This document shows, piece after piece, positions 54,471 through 64,000 of a stretch of 64,000 nt of DNA. The notes beneath the pieces were generated by a model. The model ran no database searches, had not been told where the DNA came from, and worked only from the letters and a program-made list of their open reading frames with translations. A program made the translations under genes and the position numbers. The DNA is from Oscillospiraceae bacterium (GTDB lineage: Bacteria > Bacillota > Clostridia > Oscillospirales > CAG-272). The DNA lies in assembly GCA_015064315.1 (NCBI GenBank), contig SVSL01000001.1, forward strand, positions 15,801 to 79,800, read 5' to 3'. Numbering within the stretch: position 1 is the first letter of the stretch; each line of letters opens with the position of its first letter.

Positions 54471-55829
54471 TTACGACCATTCTCTGTCGTTTGCCCATTC
54501 GTCGTTCCAGAAATCGGTGGGCTCCCACTGACCGGGATACTTCTTGTGCAGATGCTCACGGATCAGCTCCTCGTTGAGTGCCTCAATACCCAAACCGGGC
54601 GTATCGGGAACCTTTGCAAAGCCATCCACAATCAGAGGATTATCAATGCCAAAGGCAAGGTCGTTCCACTTGGGGCAATCGGTGGAGTGATACTCTACGG
54701 CAAGCACGTTCTGAACAGCGGCAGCGGCATGAATTGCAGCCATCATACCGATAGGAGACTCCGCCATATGAATTGCCATGGCAACGCCGTATTTGTCGCA
54801 AAGGTTGGCAACCTTCTTCAATTCACCAAAGCCGCCAATGGTCAGCATATCGGGGTGGATCACCTGAACGGCGCCTGCCTGCATCAGAGGCTCAAAGTTC
54901 TCGGCAAGGTAGATGTCCTCGCCGGTGCATACGGGAACGGTGGTATGCTCGGCAAGCTTTTTGAAGTGGTTGGTGTACTGCCAGGGAGAAATATCCTCCA
55001 TCCAAGCAATGTTGTACTTTTCAAGTCTCTTTGCAAAGCGGATGCAGTCCTCAACGGCAACGTGACCAAAGTGGTCGATGGCAAGGGGAACCTCGTAGCC
55101 GATGACGTCACGAACCTCTTTTACGTAGTTCTCCAGATAATCCATGCCCTTCTCGGTCACGTGAATGCCGGTAGCGTAGTGAGGAATGGTGAAGATCTCG
55201 TAGTTCTTGCCCAGCATCATATCGCGGTCGATGGAGCCCTTCTGATGGTTGATTGCCTTCATGGAGTACTTCTTAATATCCTCCAGCATACCCGAGGGAG
55301 CGTTGAGACAGCCGGGCTCGTCCAGCATCAGCTCGATGCCAAGGTCCATTTTGAGGAAGGTGTAGCCCATTTCCATTCTCTTCTTGAGGGCGTTACCCAT
55401 ATCGGTACCCGTGTGCTTGCCGTCCACGTCGGTATCGCAGTAGATGCGGATCTTATCGCGGTACTTACCGCCCAAAAGCTGATATACGGGAACACCGTAA
55501 GCCTTACCCACAATATCCCAAAGAGCGATCTCAATACCCGATACACCGCCGCCCTGACGGCTGTGACCGCCAAACTGCTTGATGCGGCGGAAGAGCTTTT
55601 CTACGTTGAGGGGATTCTCACCGATCAAGCGGCTCTTGAGCATGAGGGCGTAGGTTGCGCTGGATGCGTCTCTGACCTCGCCGTAGCCAACGATGCCCTG
55701 GTTGGTGTAAACCTTGATGAGAATGCAATGCTTGGGGATTCCGTCGATGTTACAAACGCGGATGTCGGTGATCTTGAGCTCGGAGGGAGCCGAGCAACGG
55801 TTTACCGATTCGGGGGTGTAATTCTTCAT
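54471..55829 (-). CDS. enolase-superfamily sugar-acid dehydratase (mandelate racemase/galactonate-mannonate dehydratase-like)
   Basis: ITDIRV..., GYGEV, GIEIALWDIVGKAYGVPVYQLLGG, and conserved AIDHFGH, WMED and HPD stretches are typical of MR-subgroup acid-sugar dehydratases. Confidence 0.82.
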   Translation of the reverse strand: MKNYTPESVNRCSAPSELKITDIRVCNIDGIPKHCILIKVYTNQGIVGYGEVRDASSATYALMLKSRLIGENPLNVEKLFRRIKQFGGHSRQGGGVSGIEIALWDIVGKAYGVPVYQLLGGKYRDKIRIYCDTDVDGKHTGTDMGNALKKRMEMGYTFLKMDLGIELMLDEPGCLNAPSGMLEDIKKYSMKAINHQKGSIDRDMMLGKNYEIFTIPHYATGIHVTEKGMDYLENYVKEVRDVIGYEVPLAIDHFGHVAVEDCIRFAKRLEKYNIAWMEDISPWQYTNHFKKLAEHTTVPVCTGEDIYLAENFEPLMQAGAVQVIHPDMLTIGGFGELKKVANLCDKYGVAMAIHMAESPIGMMAAIHAAAAVQNVLAVEYHSTDCPKWNDLAFGIDNPLIVDGFAKVPDTPGLGIEALNEELIREHLHKKYPGQWEPTDFWNDEWANDREWS

Positions 55830-55856
55830 AATTCTTCTCCTCTATGTATTCTTGAA

Positions 55857-57260
55857 TTAAATTTTCAGTTCCTGTGCGGAGGGATCCTTCTTGTGCAAGC
55901 CGAATTTTGCCGTCTTGCCGTTCATCTCCGCGGTATAATCTCCGTAGAAGCCACGGAAGGTGATCTCACCGTTTTCATCGGTGGTGAGCTCTGCCTCGGT
56001 GTGCCATTCCTCGGTAAAGAGGCGCTTGAGCTCCAGCGCCGCCTTCTTGGGGGTCAGATCGCGGTGGAAGATTCCTCCGCGCACGCGGTTTTCATCGCTG
56101 GCACCGTCGGGACGGCGATACGCCATGCCCTCTACGGTATTCCAGTAGACCAAAGTCTCCATGGCGGGAACCGAGAACCATACGTGGTAGAGTCGGTTCA
56201 ACAGATCTGCCTGCAGCTGCTCTGCCTCCTCGCCCTCTCCGAAGGTGGGAATGGTGATCTCGGTGATCTCCAGCGGCTTGCCGAACTCGGCAAGGTACCC
56301 AAGGCCGTTGAGCAGCTTTTCGGGATCGAAATACTGGAGGTAATTCCAGATCACGTCCTCCTGCTTGAATCTGGTGCTGCAGAAAATGTGGTTCTGAATA
56401 CCGATCTTATCAATGGAAGCCCCCTTGGCGAGCAGGCCGTCGATGAAGAGGAAATAGGGGCTGCGGTAGTCCTGCTCTCCGATCTCGGGGGTGCGGTTGG
56501 ATTCGTTGATCACCAGCGTCTCCTCGGGGAAATACTTTCTTGCAAGCTCATACGCCCAAAGAGGGGTGTCGCGCTTGGAGCAAAGCACCGACTGCGCATC
56601 CCACTTCCATTCATCGAGAAGCTCGTTGGTCACCTCAAACTCGTACATCTTGCCCTTGTAGCGCTCAGCGATCTCGGCAAAGCGCTTTTCGTAAAGACGC
56701 TTCATCTCTGCCTCGTCCTGCTTGGGAAGCCAATCGGGAATGAATTTATCGTAGAACAGGCAATGGAGCTTGGGCAGAATGCCCTTCTCCTCGCAATACT
56801 CCACGCAAAGGTCGGGAGCGGGACGGCGATGAATCTTGTAGCTGTCCGCCGCGTATCTCGGCTTGTCCTGCTCGGGCTCCAGCTCCTTCCAGTAGAACGG
56901 AACGGTTGCCAGATTAAAATACTGATGGAAGAACTCGCGGTACTTGACGTTTTCTTCCTCGGTAGAAAACTCATCCAACAAAAAAATGTTGGCACCGTAC
57001 TTGAAATCGTGACCGATCTGATTGATCCTGACCTTTTGATTCTTCAGGGGATTTCCCTTGTCATCGGTCAGGCGCAGGGTCATATCACCCTTGCGGTATT
57101 TTTCAATGTTAGGCTCTACGCGGTTTTGGAAAAGCTCCTCGGCGGCTTCAAATTTTTCCATGCAAAGCGCGCGAAAGGCAGCAATTCTGGTGGATTGATC
57201 CTCGGATGCCAGCATCTCCTTGATGCGGTCCTTATCCAAGGGCTTACGAACAGTCTCCAT
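55857..57260 (-). CDS. GH10-like (clan GH-A) glycoside hydrolase, cytoplasmic
   Basis: FEVTNE (acid/base-like) and LEITEITIP (nucleophile-like) have GH10-type spacing. 467 aa with an N-terminal ~90-aa extension and no signal peptide. The family call is by eye only. Confidence 0.58.
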   Translation of the reverse strand: METVRKPLDKDRIKEMLASEDQSTRIAAFRALCMEKFEAAEELFQNRVEPNIEKYRKGDMTLRLTDDKGNPLKNQKVRINQIGHDFKYGANIFLLDEFSTEEENVKYREFFHQYFNLATVPFYWKELEPEQDKPRYAADSYKIHRRPAPDLCVEYCEEKGILPKLHCLFYDKFIPDWLPKQDEAEMKRLYEKRFAEIAERYKGKMYEFEVTNELLDEWKWDAQSVLCSKRDTPLWAYELARKYFPEETLVINESNRTPEIGEQDYRSPYFLFIDGLLAKGASIDKIGIQNHIFCSTRFKQEDVIWNYLQYFDPEKLLNGLGYLAEFGKPLEITEITIPTFGEGEEAEQLQADLLNRLYHVWFSVPAMETLVYWNTVEGMAYRRPDGASDENRVRGGIFHRDLTPKKAALELKRLFTEEWHTEAELTTDENGEITFRGFYGDYTAEMNGKTAKFGLHKKDPSAQELKI

Positions 57261-57368
57261 AGAATCTCCTCCTAAATGAATAAATCGTTCTCAAAGATGA
57301 AAGCGCTTTTTTTCAATTATACCAATTTTTACAGGTGCATTCTACCATTATGTTCCAAAAAACCGATA

Positions 57369-58262
57369 CTATGTTACGATTTCTTTCAAAAAATGCGTTC
57401 TGCGATATACGGAAGGTGACGTACCGACGATCCGCAAAAACATCCTGTTAAAATTGGAAAGATTCTCATAACCGCAGCGCTGTGCCACCTCAATGATCGG
57501 AAGGTCTGTCTTGCGAAGCAGCTCACAGCTCCGCTCGATGCGACGAATGGTGATATAATCCCACGTGGTAAGTCCGTTGAGCTCGGTAAACAGGGTGGAA
57601 AAATAGGTTCTTGTAAATCCTGCCACCGAAGCGATCTCCTCCAAGGAGAGCGGCGCATCCAAATGTCCGTTGATATAAGTCATGGCTTGATCCATGCCGA
57701 AAAGGCTTCTTTGGCGCGCACCGTCGGCAGGCTCCTCAAAGGAAACGCCGCAGCCGCGGATCAGTTCCCCGATGATCTGGTAAAGGTACGCCTTGATCAT
57801 CAGCTGATAACCCACGTTTTTGGCTTGGTTTTCCTGCATGATCTGCTTCATAATACGGGCAATACGAGCCGTGGAGTCGGCAAACGGATCCAACCGCTCG
57901 CATTTGCCGTTGAAGAATTGCAAATACCTTTCGTTGAGCATATCGGAAAGAGGCGACCAGATCAATCTCGACTCAAATTGCAGATTGAACAAAAGCATGG
58001 GGGTTTCGGGATCTCGGTCGGTAATACAGTGCACCTGATTGGCACCGAACAAAAATACGTCCCCCTCCTTGATCATACAGGCGCCGTCTCGCAAGGCGTA
58101 TAAGCCGTTTCCCGAAACGATGTAGGAAAACTCAAAGTCCGAATGCTTATGATAAAAAAAATCGCGGTGGGTAAAATCCACGCTGCTTTCGTACAGGCGC
58201 ACCGTGTAACGGCTGTTCCGATCACTGCCCGCATAGTGGATCAAGGTCTCGTTTTGGCGCAT
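57369..58262 (-). CDS. AraC family transcriptional regulator (cupin + double HTH)
   Basis: The N-terminal cupin-like region contains YHKHSDFEFSYIVSG. The C-terminal part (LEEIASVAGFTRTYFSTLF...IIEVAQRCGYENLSNFNRMF) is the AraC HTH. Confidence 0.85.
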   Translation of the reverse strand: MRQNETLIHYAGSDRNSRYTVRLYESSVDFTHRDFFYHKHSDFEFSYIVSGNGLYALRDGACMIKEGDVFLFGANQVHCITDRDPETPMLLFNLQFESRLIWSPLSDMLNERYLQFFNGKCERLDPFADSTARIARIMKQIMQENQAKNVGYQLMIKAYLYQIIGELIRGCGVSFEEPADGARQRSLFGMDQAMTYINGHLDAPLSLEEIASVAGFTRTYFSTLFTELNGLTTWDYITIRRIERSCELLRKTDLPIIEVAQRCGYENLSNFNRMFLRIVGTSPSVYRRTHFLKEIVT

Positions 58263-58374
58263 TGTTTCGCTCCCTTCAAGCTGATACTTTTCTTGGATTT
58301 ATTATACGCCCAAAAAAGAAATTTGTCAATAGAAAAAGACGATACTACCGTAACGCAGTATCGTCTTTTTTTCA

Positions 58375-60630
58375 TTATTTCGCAATGATGTAGGTGGCGT
58401 AGGCAAAATTCTGATTGTTTACAAAATCATAGCCCTCAAACACAATGCAGTCCTCATACACGCGGACAAGATATCCCTCGGAACGGTTCTTAGCGTCCGA
58501 AAGTCCCGTGCCCGAACGGGTCGCCGCCACGGAAGGAATATGTACCATAGTGGCAAATGCGCCGTTATTGTTATCAATGTTGGTGTAAAGGTTGGATTTA
58601 TCTCCTGCCTTTTCCTTCATAAACTGCAGGTCAAAGGATTGGTGGGAGTGTCCACTGAAATAAACCACGTTCTTGTACTTGGTAAACAGCTCGTTGAAGC
58701 GCTTGTACTCCACGGTTCCGGAGATCAGAGGCAGGCCGTATTCCTTGCCCGTGTGGGTGGATGCGTCGCCGGCTTCCTCATCAATAAAGGTATGGAAGAA
58801 CAGGAACACGGTGCGATCCTTATACTTTTCCAGCTGCTGCTCCAGCCATACAATCTGGTAATCATCCAGCAAACGGGAGGTCGTCTTTCCGTAATCGTAA
58901 TAGATCTGATTGAGATAAAGCATTACGCTACCGTCGGGAAGCTCAATGGCAAAGTCCAGATCGTTGCCCGATTCAAAGATGGGAAGCAGGTCGGTATCGT
59001 AATCCACCACGTTGCGGGAGTATTTGAGGAACCATTCCTTGGAAAATCCGGTGTATTTGCACTCGTGGTTACCGCTGGTGGTATAAATGGGAAGCTTGGG
59101 ATTAAAGGCATAAAGCTCCTTGATCGCCTTGGCGTGAAGCTGATATTCAAATTCCTCGTTTTCATAGGAGAAATCTCCGCTCATACCGATCATCAAGGCG
59201 CCCATATTGGAAAGATCCTTGACCGCGTCGATAAAATGATTGTAAGGAATCGATTGGCTTCCGTAGCGGTTTCCTTGGTGAGAATCCGACAGCGCGCCGA
59301 AGGAATAGAGCTGTTCCTTATCGAAGAGTCGCTCAGCGGGAATATCATAAGTATAGGTCGTTCTCTTATCGGCGCTGACCGCAAGCAGCTTGGTTGCGCC
59401 CTTGGGAATGGCGGTGAAGGATTGAATGGTAATTTCCGCCTCTTGATTGGCAATAAAGAGATCGGAATACAGCATGGTGTAGTTTGCCAGCTGACCGTTG
59501 GAATCTCCCCAATAGAAGGTGTAGGTATCGCTATGCTCGGGGTAGAAGGAAACGGTACCTCCCGCAAAGCCGGGCTGATCGTACAGGAAATCATAGTAAA
59601 GAATGCCTGCCGGCTGATCCTTTCTGCCACAGACCGTGCAGGTCGCGTCTACAAAGTTATGAAGTCCCGTAGCGGGGATCACCTTACTGCAGGTCAATCC
59701 GCAAGCACACGTTGCTTCGGATCTTCCCTCCTTGGCACAGGTGCTCTGCTTTTTCACCGTCTCATTTTCATAAACGTGGTGATGGATCTCTCCCACCTTT
59801 ACGAAATAAAAATCTCTGAAGTGCTGGGTCTTTTCGCAGGAATCCGCTTGATCGATCCTGATGATATTCTCGCCCTTTTTCAGATTGACCGTGATACCGT
59901 ACATATAAGATGTAACTGTAGAAGCGTCTCTAACTGCCTCATATCCGGTTCCGGTAAAGCTATGAGACGTTTCAAATACCTGCTCGTTCTCGGTTCCGCC
60001 GTTGATGGTATATTTGGCACCGCGAAGCTGCCCGTCCTTCATGCGGAAATGGATCGCCATTTCGTAAAGTCCATCTTCGGGAACGTTGATGCGATAAACG
60101 ATGTACTCTCCATTACCGTACGTAACGTACCAATGGGGGAGCTTTACCTCCGCCTCACTCGAGGTGGAGGTGCTGACGGTAGACGAGGAAAGCTTGGTAT
60201 CATAATCCCCAGCCCATACATGTACCGCACCGTCAAAACGATCGGTCAGAAGAGGAGAAAAATAATACGTATCGTTTCTACCGTCGCCGTTGGCATCATA
60301 GATCGAGGGGACTGCCGTCAACGGGATCTGACTTTGTCCGCATCCTATGCAAGCACCGTTCCTGAAAATATGCTCACCGGTAGCGGGAAGCGAAACCGTG
60401 ATCTTCTCCCCGCAGGAGTCGCAGGTTCTTTCGCCCTCCCCTGCAACAATGCAGAATTGCTTTGTAATGACAGTAGGCCGGAAGGAGTGCTCGTGCGGCT
60501 TTTCCTCGGTGGGGACCGACGTAGATACGCTTGTAGCATCGGTCTCCGCGGTTTTTTCTCTGTTTTGGCAAGCGACAACGCTCATCAAAAGAGCGAGGGT
60601 CAGCAAAAGTGCCAAAATGCGATGTTTCAT
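58375..60630 (-). CDS. secreted lipoprotein: Cys-rich ribbons + CBM-like beta-sandwich + calcineurin-like metallophosphoesterase
   Basis: Signal peptide plus lipobox is MKHRILALLLTLALLMSVVAC. Two CxxC...PATGxHxF...CxxCG modules are present. C-terminal metallophosphoesterase motifs are SDSHQG, GDFS, SGNHE and GHSH. Confidence 0.75.
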   Translation of the reverse strand: MKHRILALLLTLALLMSVVACQNREKTAETDATSVSTSVPTEEKPHEHSFRPTVITKQFCIVAGEGERTCDSCGEKITVSLPATGEHIFRNGACIGCGQSQIPLTAVPSIYDANGDGRNDTYYFSPLLTDRFDGAVHVWAGDYDTKLSSSTVSTSTSSEAEVKLPHWYVTYGNGEYIVYRINVPEDGLYEMAIHFRMKDGQLRGAKYTINGGTENEQVFETSHSFTGTGYEAVRDASTVTSYMYGITVNLKKGENIIRIDQADSCEKTQHFRDFYFVKVGEIHHHVYENETVKKQSTCAKEGRSEATCACGLTCSKVIPATGLHNFVDATCTVCGRKDQPAGILYYDFLYDQPGFAGGTVSFYPEHSDTYTFYWGDSNGQLANYTMLYSDLFIANQEAEITIQSFTAIPKGATKLLAVSADKRTTYTYDIPAERLFDKEQLYSFGALSDSHQGNRYGSQSIPYNHFIDAVKDLSNMGALMIGMSGDFSYENEEFEYQLHAKAIKELYAFNPKLPIYTTSGNHECKYTGFSKEWFLKYSRNVVDYDTDLLPIFESGNDLDFAIELPDGSVMLYLNQIYYDYGKTTSRLLDDYQIVWLEQQLEKYKDRTVFLFFHTFIDEEAGDASTHTGKEYGLPLISGTVEYKRFNELFTKYKNVVYFSGHSHQSFDLQFMKEKAGDKSNLYTNIDNNNGAFATMVHIPSVAATRSGTGLSDAKNRSEGYLVRVYEDCIVFEGYDFVNNQNFAYATYIIAK

Positions 60631-60657
60631 AGTTGGTACTTCCTTTCTTATCTTCGT

Positions 60658-63042
60658 TTACTTCAATTCCACAATGGTAACGCCGCCGTCACCCTCGCCG
60701 TATTTTCCAATGCGGAAGGATGCGATGCGACGATCGGTTCGCAAATGCTGCCACAGAGCATTTTTGAGCGCTCCCGTTCCCTTTCCGTGAATCAGACGCA
60801 CACGGGGGAAATTGGCGATCATGGCTTCATCCAGATATTTATCCACTGCCAGCCACGCCTCGTCGCCAAGCAGTCCTCGCAGATCGATCTCGTCACGGAA
60901 ATTGCGATCCACCTCCACGTGGAAGTCGGATGCCGCCTTTTTCTGCTTTCCGCTGATGACCTGCGTCTTCTCCTCAATGAGCTGCAGATTGGAAAGCTTG
61001 GTACGGGTCTTGAGGATCCCCGCCTGCACCATGACCGATCCGCTCTTGTCGGGGGTCTCCAACAGGATCCCCTCCTTATCGATGTTGACGATATAGACCT
61101 TGTCGCCCTTTTTCAGATCTCTGGGAAGCACGTATCTTTCGTTCTTCTTTTCCTCCACGGGGTTGACCTTGTCCTCGTTCTCCCGAATGGCAAGACGAAC
61201 GGCGCGTCGGGTCTGTTCCAGCTCCTCGGCAAGTCTGCCTGCCTCCTGGGCCTTTTTGGCTTTTTCCAGCTGGGCAAAGATGAAGTCACTGGATGCCTTG
61301 GCACTTTCCAGCATTTGCTGTGCCTTTTTGCGATTCTGCTCCACCTCCTGCTGGGCGCGGAAGAAGCGGGTCTTGATCTCCTTTTCGGCATCCGTACGCA
61401 TTTTTTCGTATTCCGCCTTAATGCGTGCCGTCTCCTCGCGATTGCGATCCGCCTCCAGGCGAGATGCCTCCAGCTGCTCAATGACCTCCTCAAATCGACG
61501 GTGATCGGTGCTGACGTGCTCCTTGGCAAGCGCAATGATTTCCTCGGGAAGTCCCAGCTTTGCAGAGATTGCAAAGGCGTTGGATTTGCCGGGGGTGCCG
61601 ATCATCAGTCGATACGTGGGCTTGAGGGTGGAAACGTCGAACTCACAGGACGCGTTTTGCACGCCGGGGGTATCCAGCGCGTAGGTCTTGAGCTCGGTGT
61701 AGTGGGTGGTCGCCATGCACATCGCGCCCGCGCGGCGAACCGACTCAATAATGGCAACCGCCAGAGCCGCACCCTCCACAGGGTCGGTTCCCGCCCCAAG
61801 CTCGTCAAAAAGGCAAAGGGAACGGGCATCCACCTTCTCCATGATCCCCACGATGTTGACCATGTGTGAGGAAAAGGTAGAGAGAGATTGCTCAATGCTC
61901 TGCTCGTCACCGATATCCACCAGCACGTTATCAAAAATGCAAATGGAGGATTCGGGCTCGGCAGGAATATGCAGACCCGACTGGGTCATCAGGGCAAAAA
62001 GCCCCAGAGTTTTCATGGTAACCGTCTTACCGCCCGTGTTGGGTCCCGTGATGATAAGGGTATCGTATTCCCCGCCGATCTCTATGTGGATGGGAACGAC
62101 ACGCTTTTTATCGATCAAGGGATGACGGGCTCTGACAAGACGAAGTGAACGGTCTCCCGATATCTGCGGTTCACTTCCGTTCATGCGATAGGAAAGCTCG
62201 GCACAGGCAAAGCAGAACGCCAGCTCGGTAATGTTCAGATAGTTCAGGCGCAAGGATTCGGATGCCGCGCTGACCTCGGCGGAAAGCGCGAAGAGGATCC
62301 GTTCGATCTCATGCTCCTCCTTGGACTGCAGAACGCGAAGCTCGTTGTTTGCCTCCACCACCGCCATAGGCTCCACGAAAATGGTAGCCCCCGACGACGA
62401 GGTGTCATGGATCAGACCCTTCATCTCGTTTTTGCATTCCGCCTTTACGGGAATGACGTATCTGCCGTTTCGCATGGTGACCAGATTGTCCTGCAGAATT
62501 TTGGAGTAAGAGCCGTTGATGTAATGCTGCAGGGTCTCCTTGATGCGGTTGTTGGCGTCGCGGATCTTTCGACGGATCTCGGCAAGCTCGCGGCTGGCTT
62601 CATCGGCGATCATATCCTCGGATAGAATGGAGCGTGTGATCTTATCCTCCAAAAATCGGTTGGGAAGAAGACGCTCGAACAGCTCGTCCAGCACGGTCTC
62701 AAAGGGCTTGTTGTTTTTCAGATAGTCCACAAGCCCCCTGGCGGATCGCAGCACCTGCGCGATTTCAAGAAGCTCTCTTGTGGTCAGCATTGCCCCCTTG
62801 ACGGCGCGCTCACAAGCGGCAGAAACGTCCTTAACGCTTCCAAAGGGAGGCATTCCCTTAACGTCACAAAGGCGCTTGGCGTCGGAGGTCCTGCGCAAGC
62901 GGCGCAAAACCGAGGTGATATCCGAGGAGGGCATCAAAAGCCCCGCCATGGTTTTTGCGCCCTCGGTGGGGGCACATTCCGCCAGCATGGCGCAAATTTT
63001 ATCAAATTCCAGTGTGTTTCTTGTTTTTTCGGAAAATTTCAT
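60658..63042 (-). CDS. mutS2: endonuclease MutS2 (MutS domain + C-terminal Smr)
   Basis: Walker A GPNTGGKT, DELGAGTDP, a long coiled-coil region, and a C-terminal Smr domain (DLRGLLGDEA...IHGKGTGALK). Confidence 0.9.
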   Translation of the reverse strand: MKFSEKTRNTLEFDKICAMLAECAPTEGAKTMAGLLMPSSDITSVLRRLRRTSDAKRLCDVKGMPPFGSVKDVSAACERAVKGAMLTTRELLEIAQVLRSARGLVDYLKNNKPFETVLDELFERLLPNRFLEDKITRSILSEDMIADEASRELAEIRRKIRDANNRIKETLQHYINGSYSKILQDNLVTMRNGRYVIPVKAECKNEMKGLIHDTSSSGATIFVEPMAVVEANNELRVLQSKEEHEIERILFALSAEVSAASESLRLNYLNITELAFCFACAELSYRMNGSEPQISGDRSLRLVRARHPLIDKKRVVPIHIEIGGEYDTLIITGPNTGGKTVTMKTLGLFALMTQSGLHIPAEPESSICIFDNVLVDIGDEQSIEQSLSTFSSHMVNIVGIMEKVDARSLCLFDELGAGTDPVEGAALAVAIIESVRRAGAMCMATTHYTELKTYALDTPGVQNASCEFDVSTLKPTYRLMIGTPGKSNAFAISAKLGLPEEIIALAKEHVSTDHRRFEEVIEQLEASRLEADRNREETARIKAEYEKMRTDAEKEIKTRFFRAQQEVEQNRKKAQQMLESAKASSDFIFAQLEKAKKAQEAGRLAEELEQTRRAVRLAIRENEDKVNPVEEKKNERYVLPRDLKKGDKVYIVNIDKEGILLETPDKSGSVMVQAGILKTRTKLSNLQLIEEKTQVISGKQKKAASDFHVEVDRNFRDEIDLRGLLGDEAWLAVDKYLDEAMIANFPRVRLIHGKGTGALKNALWQHLRTDRRIASFRIGKYGEGDGGVTIVELK

Positions 63043-63863
63043 GGATTGTTCCCTTTGGGGATAGACTCCCCTTTCATGGTATGGTAAAAATTCAGCGAAT
63101 CAAAGCCGCGCCCCAAATGGGAGAGCAGATAGCTCTCCGCGGTCCTCGAAAAGACTTCCGCATCCTCTGCGTCCTTCAGCTCAAAGGAAAAGATCCTTTC
63201 CAAGGGCGCGTGTGCGGCATAGCGCAAGGCAGCCAGCACGGACGGTGACAAAGGACATAGCAGCTCCGCCTCGCGGATCTCGTCATAGCTCGCGGTGCTG
63301 ATCCTTTTTGGCTCCTGCCGATGCAGACAATCGGCGCAAAGAAGCGCGCCGTTCATCACGTCCAGATACACGGTATTGGCGTGATCCTTTCCGCAGCGTG
63401 CGCATTCCCCAAGATCGGGAGCATATCCCGAAAGGGTTGCCGCTCGCATTTCAAACGCCCCCTTGATCAGCTCCTTGGGATAGAGATCCCGACTGATGGC
63501 GTAGAGTGAATTCAAAAGCAGTCGAAGCATCTCTCCCGCAGGCTCACCCTCGTCGGTCACCTCGGTTGCCACCTCACAAAGATACGCCGCAAGATTCATG
63601 CGGTCAAGATCGGCACAAAGGGCGTAAAAGGATTGAATGGGAGAGCCTCCCTTGAGGATATTGAAATCCCCGCGCTTGTAATATTCAAAATTGCCGTAGG
63701 TATAAAGCTGACTGACCGCGGTCTGCCCTCCCTTGAGGGAACGGCTACCCTTGGCAAGCATGGAGATTCGCCCACGCTCGGCAGTCAGGATAGAAAGATA
63801 TCTGTCGTGATCTCCCGTATCCCGCACGCGTACCACAACGCCGTCGATGCTTTCGTGCTGCAT
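63039..63863 (-). CDS. recO: DNA repair protein RecO
   Basis: ATG 63863 follows AAAGGAGAG. MQHESIDGVVVRVRDTGDHDRYLSILT... is the OB fold and CARCGK...CADC is the zinc finger. The stop overlaps the mutS2 start by 4 nt. Confidence 0.85.
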   Translation of the reverse strand: MQHESIDGVVVRVRDTGDHDRYLSILTAERGRISMLAKGSRSLKGGQTAVSQLYTYGNFEYYKRGDFNILKGGSPIQSFYALCADLDRMNLAAYLCEVATEVTDEGEPAGEMLRLLLNSLYAISRDLYPKELIKGAFEMRAATLSGYAPDLGECARCGKDHANTVYLDVMNGALLCADCLHRQEPKRISTASYDEIREAELLCPLSPSVLAALRYAAHAPLERIFSFELKDAEDAEVFSRTAESYLLSHLGRGFDSLNFYHTMKGESIPKGNNP

Positions 63864-64000
63864 GGGTGCTCTCCTTTCTTTATGTGGAATGATAAGTGTC
63901 TGTTCGTTCAGAAGAACATTTAGAAAGCGTGTCACACGGGCGCCCCGTAGATTCCGCTTCGGCGTGCCGCCTTGCGCTTTTTCCACCGTGTCACCCTGAG

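Noticed and set aside
63864-64000. Possible 3' end of an upstream gene (for example era) before recO.
   Set aside because: One frame reads ...RWKKRKAARRSGIYGAPV-stop. That is too short and too atypical to assign, and the ORF-track extension of recO to 63986 is also unsupported. The region is left unannotated.

Overview
Gene-dense chromosomal segment that looks like a Clostridia (Oscillospirales-like) genome; this is inferred from gene content and codon style, with no search run. About 48 protein genes are present and nearly all are on the minus strand. Left to right: (1) a partial Gfo/Idh/MocA oxidoreductase plus a sugar-phosphate isomerase. (2) One long co-directional housekeeping cluster: rpmH-rnpA-yidD-yidC-jag-mnmE-gatCAB-membrane protein. 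(3) holA. (4) A five-gene GldA/F/G-like ABC export-type operon with two GldG paralogs and an 882-aa single-pass protein. (5) An M23 peptidase. (6) A visibly AT-rich single-gene islet next to tRNA-Gly(CCC), bracketed by two paralogous structured elements that carry copies of the tRNA 3' end. (7) EEP nuclease, ispH-S1 fusion, cmk, flavoprotein, RpiR and MntR regulators. (8) A GT8-acyltransferase fusion. (9) An AT-rich XRE regulator. (10) A long block of intracellular carbohydrate genes: beta-PGM, GH3, GH127-ThuA fusion, GH36, two tandem ~975-aa PHP-domain paralogs, and an AraC-controlled operon of GH10-like, enolase-superfamily dehydratase, SDR, GH39-like, RraA-like and a frameshifted lactonase. 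ddl also lies inside this block. (11) A metallophosphoesterase lipoprotein, mutS2 and recO. Three intergenic regions hold REP-like palindromic repeats of the TGTAGGG-hairpin type. No CRISPR array, rRNA, transposase or integrase was seen. The most interesting candidates are the tandem PHP/degenerate-SGNH giants, the tRNA-linked structured elements, the GldG-type operon and the putative non-phosphorylative sugar-acid operon. All coordinates and motif calls were made by hand from the sequence and the ORF track. No database search, HMM or GC computation was run.
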